NCBI GenBank assembly: GCA_903832855.1
Contig: CAILDB010000014.1
Span: forward strand, 64,144 to 128,143
Direction: 5' to 3'
Length of the DNA stretch: 64,000 bases
Source of the DNA: an uncultured bacterium
Lineage (GTDB): Bacteria > Patescibacteriota > Minisyncoccia > Phycocordibacterales > GWA1-40-21
The position numbers and the translations under genes were made by a program. The notes under the pieces are model-generated. The model searched no databases. It was given only the letters and a program-made list of their open reading frames with translations, and was not told the origin of the DNA. Within the stretch, counting starts at the first letter, position 1, and each line of letters starts with the position of its first letter. This document shows, piece after piece, positions 1-9,519 of the stretch.

Positions 1-8
1 AACACAAA

Positions 9-1226
9 ATGAAATTTAAATATAAAGCAATAAGAAATGGAAATGATATTTATGAAAGTGTCAGGGAATCTGCCGATAAATTTTCATTAAATAGTGAGCT
101 CAAATCAGAAGGGGAGACACTTATTAGTGCCACACCTGCAGATTCTTCATCTTTTGCTGTTGGATTTAGAAAATTTTCCAATATTTTCAACACAGTTCCT
201 GTCCATCAGAGAATAATTTTTGCAAAAAATCTTGGGGCGATGATAAAAGCGGGGCTCTCAATTTCAAAAGCGCTTTCTGTACTTGAGAAACAAATTCAAA
301 ACAAAAAATTTAAAGGAATAATTTCCTCAGTCAATTTAGACATTAAAAAAGGAAAAAGTTTGAGTGACGCATTGAAGTCATATCCAAATGTTTTTTCTGA
401 ACTTTTTATCGCAATGGCAAAAGCCGGAGAGGAGAGTGGAAATCTAGCCGAATCACTGAGAAATGTTGGTGACCAAATGGAAGGTACCTACAAATTAAAA
501 TCAAAGATTAGGGGTGCGATGATGTATCCATCAGTTATTTTGATTATCATGCTTATAGTCGGTATTTTGATGATGATTTTTGTTGTGCCTGGAATCATTG
601 CTACATTCAGAGATTTAAATACCGAGCTTCCGGCATCTACAAATGTGATTATCGCTTTGAGCGATTTCTTTAAGTATCACTATTTGGCGGCTCTTCTGAT
701 TATTATTGTCTTAGCAATTGTCGGATACCTTTTTGCTCTTTCAAAAGTTGGAAAAAGATTTTTTGATACACTTATTTTAAGACTTCCTGTAATATCAAAT
801 CTTTCAAAAGAAATAAATTCCGCGAGAACTGCAAGGACCTTGTCTTCACTTTTGTCTTCCGGAGTTCCTTTCGCTGAAGCTATTACAATCATCGGAAATG
901 TAGTGCAAAACAGTTATTTTAAAAATATTTTACTTGATGCAAAAGCCCGCGTAGAAAAAGGTGAAAATATTTCTGCAGTCTTTTTGGAAAATACAAAACT
1001 TTATCCAATATTTTTAGGAGAGATGATAAACGTCGGTGAAGAAACAGGTAAAATGCCGGAAATGCTTATGGAAGTAGCGCTTTTTTATGAAGAATCCGTA
1101 GATCAAAAGACAAAAGATATGTCTACAATTATCGAGCCAGTCCTTATGGTTCTCATTGGTGCTGCTGTAGGATTCTTTGCGATTTCAATGGTAACTCCAA
1201 TTTATTCTGTAATGGATAAAATTTAA
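9..1226 (+). CDS. pilC: Type II secretion F / type IV pilus platform protein PilC
   Basis: Two T2SSF-like repeats (AGEESGNL, VGEETGKM, IIEPVLMV), 3 TM segments, upstream of pilin genes. Confidence 0.93.
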   Translation: MKFKYKAIRNGNDIYESVRESADKFSLNSELKSEGETLISATPADSSSFAVGFRKFSNIFNTVPVHQRIIFAKNLGAMIKAGLSISKALSVLEKQIQNKKFKGIISSVNLDIKKGKSLSDALKSYPNVFSELFIAMAKAGEESGNLAESLRNVGDQMEGTYKLKSKIRGAMMYPSVILIIMLIVGILMMIFVVPGIIATFRDLNTELPASTNVIIALSDFFKYHYLAALLIIIVLAIVGYLFALSKVGKRFFDTLILRLPVISNLSKEINSARTARTLSSLLSSGVPFAEAITIIGNVVQNSYFKNILLDAKARVEKGENISAVFLENTKLYPIFLGEMINVGEETGKMPEMLMEVALFYEESVDQKTKDMSTIIEPVLMVLIGAAVGFFAISMVTPIYSVMDKI

Positions 1227-1228
1227 TT

Positions 1229-1690
1229 ATGTTTTTTAAGAAAGGATTTTCTTTGATGGAGGTTATGGTAAGCATAGCAATAATGCTTGTGATTATTGGC
1301 ATTTCTACTCGCGTCTTCCAAAACACAAATAAAAATCAAGCCCTTGAAAAAGCAGTCACGAGCGCGGTTTCATTTATAAATGGTACGAGATCCCTCGCAC
1401 TTTCCTCAAAAGAATTTTGTAGTTATGGAGTGAATATTTCAACAACAAGCAACTCAATATCTTCTTTTATTGTTTCTGATCCAAACTGTACTTCTAATTT
1501 TTCATCCACATCTCTATCATTCAATACTTTCGGAGTTACATTGGCTACCACTAGTATAAATTTGGTCACTTTTGCAAAAGTTACCGGAGACGCATCAAAT
1601 TCAGGATGGTTTAAACTTCAACTAAAGAATGATTCGACTAGTTCCACGACGGTCACCGTTTATTCTACAGGACTTATAGAAACCAAATAA
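1229..1690 (+). CDS. Type IV pilin-like protein
   Basis: Prepilin cleavage/N-methylation motif KKG|FSLMEV followed by a hydrophobic helix. Confidence 0.88.
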   Translation: MFFKKGFSLMEVMVSIAIMLVIIGISTRVFQNTNKNQALEKAVTSAVSFINGTRSLALSSKEFCSYGVNISTTSNSISSFIVSDPNCTSNFSSTSLSFNTFGVTLATTSINLVTFAKVTGDASNSGWFKLQLKNDSTSSTTVTVYSTGLIETK

Positions 1691-1691
1691 A

Positions 1692-2180
1692 ATGAAAAGA
1701 AATTATAAAAAAGGAGCTGCACTTGCGGAAGTATTGGTTGCTGTTTTTATTTTTTCTGTGATTTTGATGGTTTTAATTTCCGCAAATAATCTTTATTTAA
1801 AATCAGCAAGTTCAAATATTTCTTCTGCACAGGCTGCATATCTTGCCGAAGAGGGAATTGAAGCAATACATACTATTAGGGATAGATCATGGACAAGCTT
1901 TTACGCACTTTCTACTACAACTGATTTATATCTATATTTTTCTGCGACTTCATCGTCATGGAATTTATCTTCGTCAGCTACCTCAACAGGAATATTTACA
2001 AGAAAAATAAGAATTTATCCAGTACTGAGAGATAATACAAGCCATCAAATTTCAACTTCTACAATAAATACCACAAATGATATAAATACCAGATATGCCT
2101 CTTCTAGTGTATCTTGGCTTGATGGCGGTAAGACAAAAAGCAATTCTTTAACCGCATATTTTTCTAACTTAGAAAATTGA
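1692..2180 (+). CDS. Minor pilin (PilV-like)
   Basis: KKG|AALAEV prepilin motif; A..LAEEGIE motif. Confidence 0.82.
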   Translation: MKRNYKKGAALAEVLVAVFIFSVILMVLISANNLYLKSASSNISSAQAAYLAEEGIEAIHTIRDRSWTSFYALSTTTDLYLYFSATSSSWNLSSSATSTGIFTRKIRIYPVLRDNTSHQISTSTINTTNDINTRYASSSVSWLDGGKTKSNSLTAYFSNLEN

Positions 2181-2644
2181 TTATGAAAATAAATAAAAAA
2201 AACGGATACACACTGGTAGAGATGGTTGTCTATGTAGCAATAGTTGCTTTGGTAATGACTGCTATTGTGGGTGTGATATTAGGAATTGCAAAATCAAGTA
2301 AATATGTGGGAGCATTAAACGAAATAGAAAATTCCGCGATACTTTCTTTGAGTAAAATTTCCAGAGAGGCGAGGTCTGCGTCTTCTACAAATCTTGTGAG
2401 TGCATCATCTAGCGTGAGTTTTGGAACGACAACAATATATTTAAACTCGGGCAGAATTTACCTCAATGATTCCACAAGACCGCTAACTTCTTCAAAAGTA
2501 AATGTTTCTAACTTACTTTTTACTCCAATAATATCTACAACTTCAAAAGCGATTAAAATTGATATGACACTCAATGCAACTTCCTCCGAAAAAGTAATTT
2601 CAAAAGTTTTCAATACAACGACAGTTTTGAGGGGCGTAAATTAA
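2177..2644 (+). CDS. Minor pilin (PilW-like)
   Basis: KNG|YTLVEM prepilin motif; ISREARSA segment; ATG at 2183 is a possible start. Confidence 0.82.
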   Translation: MIMKINKKNGYTLVEMVVYVAIVALVMTAIVGVILGIAKSSKYVGALNEIENSAILSLSKISREARSASSTNLVSASSSVSFGTTTIYLNSGRIYLNDSTRPLTSSKVNVSNLLFTPIISTTSKAIKIDMTLNATSSEKVISKVFNTTTVLRGVN

Positions 2645-2651
2645 ATTCAAA

Positions 2652-3947
2652 ATGAGAATTAAAAATAAAAAAGAATTAGAAAAAGGCCAGGTAATGATTC
2701 TCACTGCAATATTTTTTGTGGCGTTTAGTTCAATCGTTATTTTTGGTTTTGTCACACCGATGATAAAGCAGACAAAAATAACTTCTGATCTCTGGGATAC
2801 AAAAAAATCTTTTTATTTAGGTGAGTCGGGGGCAGAAAATGTTACCTTCTTAGTGAAAAAAGGTTTTGACATAAGTTTGAATAATATGTTGCCTTTGATA
2901 AATGCTAAAAGTGGCGATTCCGTTTTTTCTACTACGACCGTTAATCCATTAGATGGAAGTAAAACTGTGATTACCACATCACATATCAATGGTTATACCA
3001 GAAAAACACAGGTCACTCTTGTCCCAGGCACCGGTGCATCTTTTTCCTATGGAATTCAGACTGGCACAGGTGGGCTCACTATGGACGGAGGGCAAATAAA
3101 TGGGAATGTTTATTCTGCCGGAGATATTATTATAACAAGATCAGGCCCAAAAATTACTGGTTCTGCTGTTGTTTCTGGTAATGGAAAAATTCAAGGTTAT
3201 AATGTAAATAATAAATTAAGTATTGGGACTGGTGATATCGGAGACGCATACGCTCATACAGTCAATTCTGCAAATGTTGCAGGAAATTTAAAATGTCAAA
3301 GTGGAACAGGCAATAATAAAAGTTGCAATACAAGTTTCCCAGATCCTGCAAGTGCTCCTTTCCCTATTTCTGATTCAAGTATAAGTAATTGGGAAGCGGA
3401 AGCGCTTGCAGGTGGAACAATCGGTACTTTTGATGCCGGTACATACAAAACATGGTTTCTCGGACCAAAGAAAATTAATGGAAATCTACTTTTGAGTGGG
3501 AGTTCTGTCGTAAATGTCACAGGGACTCTCTGGGTAACTGGGAATATTATTTTTGATGGAAATTCAAAATTAAATCTTTCTTCTTCATATGGCGCAAGTA
3601 GCGGGGTAGTGGTCGCTGATGGAAAAGTTGTCATTCCAAATAGTTGTTCTGCAAATGGCTCCGGAATATCTGGAAGCTATCTAATATTAGTATCAAATAG
3701 TACTCTTGACGGCACAGGCGGAACCTATGCCATAAAAACAACCGGTTCTGCCGGGTCAATGGTTTTGAATGCTCAAAAAGGGGCGATTTATTTTAATGGA
3801 AGTGCATCTGCAAATCAAGTCACAGCCAATAAAATTGTAATAGACGGCGGTACAATTAATTATCAAAATGGTTTAGTCAGTCCTTCTTTTGTAAGTGGCC
3901 CCTCCGGTTCATTTAATATCACAAGTTGGAAAGAGTTGGAGAACTAA
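2652..3947 (+). CDS. PilX-like minor pilin with Gly/Ser-rich beta-helix-like C-terminal domain
   Basis: KG|QVMIL (no E5), YLGESGAE motif, C-terminal SWKE. Confidence 0.72.
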   Translation: MRIKNKKELEKGQVMILTAIFFVAFSSIVIFGFVTPMIKQTKITSDLWDTKKSFYLGESGAENVTFLVKKGFDISLNNMLPLINAKSGDSVFSTTTVNPLDGSKTVITTSHINGYTRKTQVTLVPGTGASFSYGIQTGTGGLTMDGGQINGNVYSAGDIIITRSGPKITGSAVVSGNGKIQGYNVNNKLSIGTGDIGDAYAHTVNSANVAGNLKCQSGTGNNKSCNTSFPDPASAPFPISDSSISNWEAEALAGGTIGTFDAGTYKTWFLGPKKINGNLLLSGSSVVNVTGTLWVTGNIIFDGNSKLNLSSSYGASSGVVVADGKVVIPNSCSANGSGISGSYLILVSNSTLDGTGGTYAIKTTGSAGSMVLNAQKGAIYFNGSASANQVTANKIVIDGGTINYQNGLVSPSFVSGPSGSFNITSWKELEN

Positions 3948-3995
3948 AAATTTCAAAGGTTGAATAAAAATCGTTTTTGAGCTATAATTTTTAAA

Positions 3996-5186
3996 ATGGA
4001 AAAAGAACCAAAATCTATGCTAAATATCTCGGCAGTCACCATGGTCAAATTTATTTTGATTATTTTGGGATTTTACTTTTTGTTTTTTATTCGGGACATA
4101 ATCGTGGTGGTGCTTGTTGCAATTGTTATTGCTTCTGGCGTTGAGCCGTTTATTTTATGGTGTGGTAAATACAGAATAGTTAGATTGCCGGCAGCCATTA
4201 TTACTTACCTAGGACTCATTGGAATTTTTGCCGGATTATTTTATTTTTTTATTCCTTCCGTTTTAAACGAAACATCCTCCTTTCTTACTTCATTGCCAAA
4301 ATATCTTGAATCAACAACTCTTTGGAATCCTTCAGGTGCAAGCAGTGAAATAATTACAAAGTCACAGCAAGTCGTCAGTGGTATTTCTAGTGGAATAAAT
4401 AATCCTGGCGCTTTGGTCTCAGGACTTGGTACAACTGTTAGTGATAAAACATCAAGTGAGACAGTAGTGAGTACCTCTTTTGGCCTCAAGGATTTAATAG
4501 CAGGAGTTCAACAGCTTGCTTCCGGTGCGTCGGATAGTTTTATCAAAACTGTCAGTGCTATTTTCGGAGGACTTTTCTCTTTTGTTTTAATAATCGTTTT
4601 GTCTTTTTACCTTGTTGTGCGTGAAGACGGAGTTGCTGACTTTCTCGGTCTTATCACTCCTGCAAATAAAGAGAAATACATCATTGGTCTTTGGAAAAGG
4701 TCACAAAAGAAAATCGGTCTGTGGATGCAAGGGCAATTTGTTTTGATGCTTACTATCAGCGTTCTCGTATATCTTGGACTTACGATTTTGGGCGTCAAAA
4801 ACGCTTTGATGCTTGCCCTTCTCGCTGGAATGCTTGAAATCATTCCACTTTTTGGCCCAGTCCTTGCCTCCATACCTGCCATTCTTTCGGCTTTTGTGGA
4901 CGGTGGCGTGACGGCATCTTTTATTGTTATTGGTCTTTATGTCATAATTCAGCAATTTGAAAATCATCTCATCTATCCTCTTGTTGTAAAAAAGATTGTT
5001 GGTGTTTCACCGGTAATCGTTATACTTTCTTTGATTATTGGTGCAAAACTTGCAGGATTTTTGGGAATTGTTTTGTCCGTACCTATTATTTCAGCCCTAA
5101 TGGAACTTATTGAAGATGTTGAAAAAAAGAAAAGGGGTTCTATGGAATATATTGAATCAACAAGTGCCGGCCCTGATAAAAAATAA
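3996..5186 (+). CDS. AI-2E (PerM) family transporter
   Basis: Multiple TM helices; EIIPLFGP, QQFENHLIYP, G.SP motifs. Confidence 0.88.
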   Translation: MEKEPKSMLNISAVTMVKFILIILGFYFLFFIRDIIVVVLVAIVIASGVEPFILWCGKYRIVRLPAAIITYLGLIGIFAGLFYFFIPSVLNETSSFLTSLPKYLESTTLWNPSGASSEIITKSQQVVSGISSGINNPGALVSGLGTTVSDKTSSETVVSTSFGLKDLIAGVQQLASGASDSFIKTVSAIFGGLFSFVLIIVLSFYLVVREDGVADFLGLITPANKEKYIIGLWKRSQKKIGLWMQGQFVLMLTISVLVYLGLTILGVKNALMLALLAGMLEIIPLFGPVLASIPAILSAFVDGGVTASFIVIGLYVIIQQFENHLIYPLVVKKIVGVSPVIVILSLIIGAKLAGFLGIVLSVPIISALMELIEDVEKKKRGSMEYIESTSAGPDKK

Positions 5187-5188
5187 AA

Positions 5189-6649
5189 ATGTCTGACAAA
5201 AAACTCTTCTACATAACTACTACTCTCGCATATGTAAATGCCGAAGCACATATGGGGCATGCTCTTGAATTTATTCGTGCGGATGTTATCGCCAGATACA
5301 AAAAACTTGAGGGTTTCGAAGTATTTTTTAATACTGGCTCGGATGAGCATGGGCAGAAACTTTATCAAAAAGCGCTTGAAGAGGGGAAGACACCAAAAGA
5401 GTTTACTAGTTTTTATGCCGATAAATTTAAAAAGCTTATGGGGCTTCTTGGTATTACGGAAGAAGAGGGAATTACAAGAAATTTCATCAGAACTACAGAC
5501 GAAAACCACATAAAATCAGCACAGGAATTTTGGAAAATTTGCGACAAAAACGGTTTTATTTACAAAAAGAATTATCAAGTGAAATATTGCGTGGGTTGTG
5601 AACTTGAAAAGACGGATTCGGACTTGGTAGATGGTAAATGCCCAGATCATCCGAACAGTGAGCTTGAAATCCGCGAGGAAGAAAATTATTTTTTCAAATT
5701 TTCCGCCTTCGGCGATAAACTTTTGAAACTTTACAAAGAAAATCCTACTTTTGTTATTCCCGATTTTAGATTTAATGAAATAAAAGCTTTTGTGGAAAGA
5801 GGTTTGCAGGATTTTAGTATTTCTCGTCTCAAATCCAAAATGCCTTGGGGGATAGAGGTACCAAACGACAGTGAACATATAATGTATGTTTGGTTTGATG
5901 CACTTGTAAACTATGTCACTGCTATCGGCTGGCCGGAAGATATGAAAAAGTATGAAAAATGGCAAGTGGAGACAGGTGGAATGGTGCAATACTGCGGAAA
6001 AGACAATCTTCGTCAGCAGTCTGCAATGTGGCAGGCAATGCTTATGGCTTGTGGCCTTTCAAATTCAAAAACAATTGTGATAGATGGTTTTGCAACGGGT
6101 CCGGGGGGGATAAAAATGAGTAAGTCGCTTGGCAATACTGTGAGTCCCGTTGAACTTGTAGAAAAATACAGCACAGATGCTTTGAGATATTTTGTTACGA
6201 GGGAACTCAGTACTTTTGAAGACAGTCCGGTATCTCCAGAAATTTTCAAAGAATCTTACAATGCAAATCTTGCAAATGGTCTGGGAAATCTTACGAGTAG
6301 AATTATGAAAATGGCAGAAACAAATTTGGATAAACCTGTGGAAATTTCAGAGAAAACAATTCCTCAAGAATTTTACGACTATCTTGAAAAATTTGAAATA
6401 CAAAAAGCCACAAATTTAATTTGGCAAAAGATTTCCGAGCTTGATAAATTGATTCAAACTGAGCAACCTTTTAAACTTGTAAAGACAGATAAAGAGAAGG
6501 GAATTGAGATTATTGTGTCTTTTGTCAAGGGCCTTGACACCATCGCCGAAATGCTAAATCCGATAATGCCTGAGACATCAAAGAAAATAAAAGAATTAGT
6601 AAAAACAAATAAATCTCCAGAGAGGCCACTATTTTTAAGGGTGGAATAA
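5189..6649 (+). CDS. metG: Methionyl-tRNA synthetase (short form)
   Basis: YVNAEAHMGH, TGSDEHGQK, YVWFDAL, KMSKS. Confidence 0.95.
   Translation: MSDKKLFYITTTLAYVNAEAHMGHALEFIRADVIARYKKLEGFEVFFNTGSDEHGQKLYQKALEEGKTPKEFTSFYADKFKKLMGLLGITEEEGITRNFIRTTDENHIKSAQEFWKICDKNGFIYKKNYQVKYCVGCELEKTDSDLVDGKCPDHPNSELEIREEENYFFKFSAFGDKLLKLYKENPTFVIPDFRFNEIKAFVERGLQDFSISRLKSKMPWGIEVPNDSEHIMYVWFDALVNYVTAIGWPEDMKKYEKWQVETGGMVQYCGKDNLRQQSAMWQAMLMACGLSNSKTIVIDGFATGPGGIKMSKSLGNTVSPVELVEKYSTDALRYFVTRELSTFEDSPVSPEIFKESYNANLANGLGNLTSRIMKMAETNLDKPVEISEKTIPQEFYDYLEKFEIQKATNLIWQKISELDKLIQTEQPFKLVKTDKEKGIEIIVSFVKGLDTIAEMLNPIMPETSKKIKELVKTNKSPERPLFLRVE
6523..6539. repeat. 17-bp palindrome TGTCAAGGNCCTTGACA (copies at 6523-6539, 10134-10150, 19715-19731)
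   Basis: Identical 8-bp arms with a 1-nt spacer at three sites, all inside CDSs. Confidence 0.85.
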
Positions 6650-6659
6650 GTAAATAATT

Positions 6660-7493
6660 ATGAAAAACACAAAAATTTCAATATTTGAAGGTCAAAAAAT
6701 AAGAAAAGTTTGGGATGATAAAGAAGAAAAATGGTATTTTTCGGTTACAGATGCGTGCGGTGCTCTTACAGAGAGTGTTGATGCTGGAGCATATTGGAGG
6801 AAACTTAAACAAAGGCTCATTGAAGAAGGAAGTGAGGTCGTGACATTTTGTCACGGACTGAAATTAGAGGCTTCTGATGGTAAAAAATATGAAACTGATT
6901 GTGCCGACACAGAAGGAATTTTTCGTATTATTCAATCAATTCCTTCACCAAAAGCTGAGCCCTTCAAGCGTTGGCTTGCTCGAGTAGGATACGAAAGAGT
7001 AGAAGAAACAAATGACCCAGAATTGGCTATCAACCGAGCGCTGAATACATATTTGAAAAAAGGATATAGTCCTGAATGGGTCAATCAGCGATTAAAAAGT
7101 ATTGAGATAAGAAAAGATTTGACTGATGAGTGGCGAAAAAGAGGAGTGAAAGAGGGTTTGGAATTTGCCTTGCTCACAGATGAAATTACTTTTGCTTGGG
7201 CAGGAATTAAAACAAAACAATACAAAGAGCACAAAGGATTGAAGGCGGAAAGTTTGCGAGATAATATGACTAATCTTGAACTGGTTTTAAATATGCTTGC
7301 GGAAACTGCGACTACAGAAATATCTAAAAAAGTTGAGCCGAAAGATTTTTTGGAAAATACAAGAGTGGCACAGCAGGGTGGGGGAATTGCTGGCAATGCT
7401 CGTAAAAATTTAGAGGAAAAACTTGGTAGGAGTGTTATAAACAAACAAAAATTCTTACCAAAGAAAAATATTAGGATAGGTAAGGGGAATTAA
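6660..7493 (+). CDS. Bro-N domain protein
   Basis: FEGQKIRKVWD..WYFSV.D, IQSIPSPKAEPFKRWLA, SLRDNMTNLEL. Confidence 0.88.
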   Translation: MKNTKISIFEGQKIRKVWDDKEEKWYFSVTDACGALTESVDAGAYWRKLKQRLIEEGSEVVTFCHGLKLEASDGKKYETDCADTEGIFRIIQSIPSPKAEPFKRWLARVGYERVEETNDPELAINRALNTYLKKGYSPEWVNQRLKSIEIRKDLTDEWRKRGVKEGLEFALLTDEITFAWAGIKTKQYKEHKGLKAESLRDNMTNLELVLNMLAETATTEISKKVEPKDFLENTRVAQQGGGIAGNARKNLEEKLGRSVINKQKFLPKKNIRIGKGN

Positions 7494-7496
7494 TAA

Positions 7497-7527
7497 AAGG
7501 CCCCCGAATGCAGCATTCGGGGGCCTT
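7497..7527. terminator. GC-rich terminator-like hairpin
   Basis: aaggcccccgaatg-cag-cattcgggggcctt just after the Bro-N stop. Confidence 0.7.
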
Positions 7528-7536
7528 AATGTTTAG

Positions 7537-7597
7537 TTGTCATTCCGGCGAAGGCAGGAATCCATCTTTTGGATCCCGACCTGCGTCGGGATGACAA
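7537..7597. repeat. Inverted doublet of REP-like palindromes (family A, GTCAT[T/C]CCG...GGA[A]TCCA)
   Basis: ttgtcattccggcgaaggcaggaatcca-tcttt-tggatcccgacctgcgtcgggatgacaa; 7570-7595 is the exact reverse complement of 27181-27206. Confidence 0.85.
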
Positions 7598-7633
7598 AAA
7601 ATATAGTCATTTCATTCCTTATTTTTTTGTCAG

Positions 7634-7689
7634 TTATCCACAGCCCCTCTCTTTTTGCATTTGCACTCTTTTCCCTCAACATATATAAT
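7634..7689 (+). promoter_or_regulatory. DnaA box plus sigma70-like promoter
   Basis: TTATCCACA 7634-7642; TTGCAC 7661-7666, 17 bp spacer, TATAAT 7684-7689. Confidence 0.6.
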
Positions 7690-7696
7690 ATACTCA

Positions 7697-9186
7697 ATGA
7701 AACTAAAATTTTTTAAATCTCTCTCTCTCTCTACTCTCTATTAACTCTTGCAATAATTACTAGCATTGTCGTCTTTGCCGGTTCTCTCACTCCCTCTGCC
7801 AATACCACTCAAGGTACAATGTACACTCTCAACGACATCTACCACCTCATAGCAAACAACACCCTAGCAACCGAAGGATTAAATCATGAACTCTCCACCA
7901 CTTCTTCTCCCTCTGTACCCACCTCCCACTCTATATCTGAAATCTACGCTGCTCTAGCTAATCTCCCCACCCAAGACAAACTCAAACCAGATTCCACTTA
8001 TTTAGGTGTCTCCCAGTCAGGTTCTGCTCCCACTCCAACCACCTTTACTCCCGCATCTCTTACACCCTCAGGCTCACCTTCAATCACAGGCTATACTCTA
8101 AACGACATCTGGAACCTTGCTACTACAAGTGGCACCAGACTCACATCCCCAAGTTCTCACTCTCTTTCCACTACCTCAGCACCTACAGGTACAATGCACA
8201 CACTCAAAGAAATTTACCTTGCTTTAGTCGCATATGGAGATGCTCATAAATCTGATGTTCTAAATACCACAACTTACCTTGGAACATTAGGAACCTATGT
8301 CCCAACTCACACAGTTACTTTTGATGCTAATACGGGTACGGGGTCCATGTCTGCTCAAACAATTGCGGAAGGGGCCTCAGCTAATTTAACCTCCAACACC
8401 TTTACTAAAACAGGTAACAACTTTTCCGGTTGGGCCACAACTGCCGGCGGAGTTGTTGCTTATGCTGATGCCGCCAGCTATACCATGGGCTCATCGAATG
8501 TGACGCTGTATGCCAAGTGGGCTATAAATTACACAGTTACCTTTGATGCCAATACCGGCAGTGGTTCTATGTCTCCACAAACAATTGCGGAAGGGGCTTC
8601 AGCTAATCTGACGGCCAACACCTTTACCAAAACAGGTAACACCTTTGCGGGCTGGGCCACAACTGCCGGCGGAGATGTCGCCTATGCTGATACGGCCAGT
8701 TATACCATGGGCTCATCGAATGTGACGCTGTATGCCAAGTGGACAGCCGTAGTAGATGCTTGTGGCGTGAGTGGTGATGCAACGGATCTGGATTGTTGGT
8801 CTATGGGATCTCCGATCTCTATGGCTTGGGGGCCCAACCCATCATACCCTGGTGTTTCAACTGATATCGGTCTTTCAAACGGTAAAGCCAATACGGATGT
8901 TTTAATGGCAGCAGAATCTGCATATTCCGAGTCATATCCTGCCGCTCACTATTGCGCTACTTTAGACGATGGTACTCATCCTGTTGGTACGTGGTATCTG
9001 CCATCTTATGCTGAACTATGGGCTGGTTATGGCGCTGTCCCGGGATTTATGGGCGACGCTTATTGGTCTTCTACTGAGTGGTCACAAATGTCAGACACAT
9101 GCGCCTGGGCGTTGTACCCGGGCCTCAACGATATTTACGGCGCCAGTAAGGACACACCGCCGTACAATGTCCGTTGTCTCCGCTAG
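7697..9186 (+). CDS. Surface adhesin: YTLNDI-type N-terminal repeats, two InlB B-repeats, C-terminal DUF1566/CLec (DGR-target-like) domain; signal peptide frameshifted at a (TC)7T tract
   Basis: ORF 7819-9186 plus upstream ATG 7697; removing one TC unit gives MKLKFFKSLSLYSLLTLAIITSIVVFAG in frame; WYLPS..EL, YWSSTE..AW..VRCLR C-terminus. Confidence 0.75.
8311..8742 (+). repeat. Intragenic tandem duplication with 222-bp period (two InlB B-repeat domains)
   Basis: TVTFDANTG...VTLYAKW occurs twice; DNA 8311-8520 resembles 8533-8742. Confidence 0.9.
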
Positions 9187-9228
9187 CCCCAGTAACCAGA
9201 CAAGGACTGTCCTTGTAGATAGGGCAAT

Positions 9229-9248
9229 AATGGGGTCAGCCACCATTT
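9229..9248. repeat. Short imperfect palindrome AATGGG[G/A/T]TCAGCCAC[C/T]ATTT (also 28232-28254, 36140-36160)
   Basis: Three near-identical ~20-bp copies. Confidence 0.7.
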
Positions 9249-9267
9249 CATTAAATTATAAAAAACC

Positions 9268-9423
9268 ATGAGCACAATATCAGCACCACTACCACCTATC
9301 CTAGATGAATTTGTAAAAAGGATGGTTAAAGAAGGAAAAGCCCACAACAAAGCAGATGTTGTGCGTAAAGCTTTGGAGCTTCTGGAAGAGAAAGATAAGC
9401 AATCGGATAAGAGCAAGAATTAG
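9268..9423 (+). CDS. ParD-like ribbon-helix-helix protein, 51 aa (not in ORF track)
   Basis: MSTISAPLPPILDEFVKRMVKEGKAHNKADVVRKALELLEEK... Confidence 0.7.
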   Translation: MSTISAPLPPILDEFVKRMVKEGKAHNKADVVRKALELLEEKDKQSDKSKN

Positions 9424-9470
9424 GGCCTACGGCAAGGTCAGACCTTGCCATAAGAACTTGTAAATTAGTC

Positions 9471-9500
9471 AAAGGCCCCGCGTTCTGACGCGGGGCCTTT
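9471..9500. terminator. Bidirectional terminator-like hairpin
   Basis: aaaggccccgcgt-tctg-acgcggggccttt. Confidence 0.7.
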
Positions 9501-9519
9501 GTGATATAATTACAGAAAT

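Noticed and set aside
7634-7642. oriC
   Set aside because: Only isolated DnaA boxes; no cluster and no dnaA/dnaN nearby
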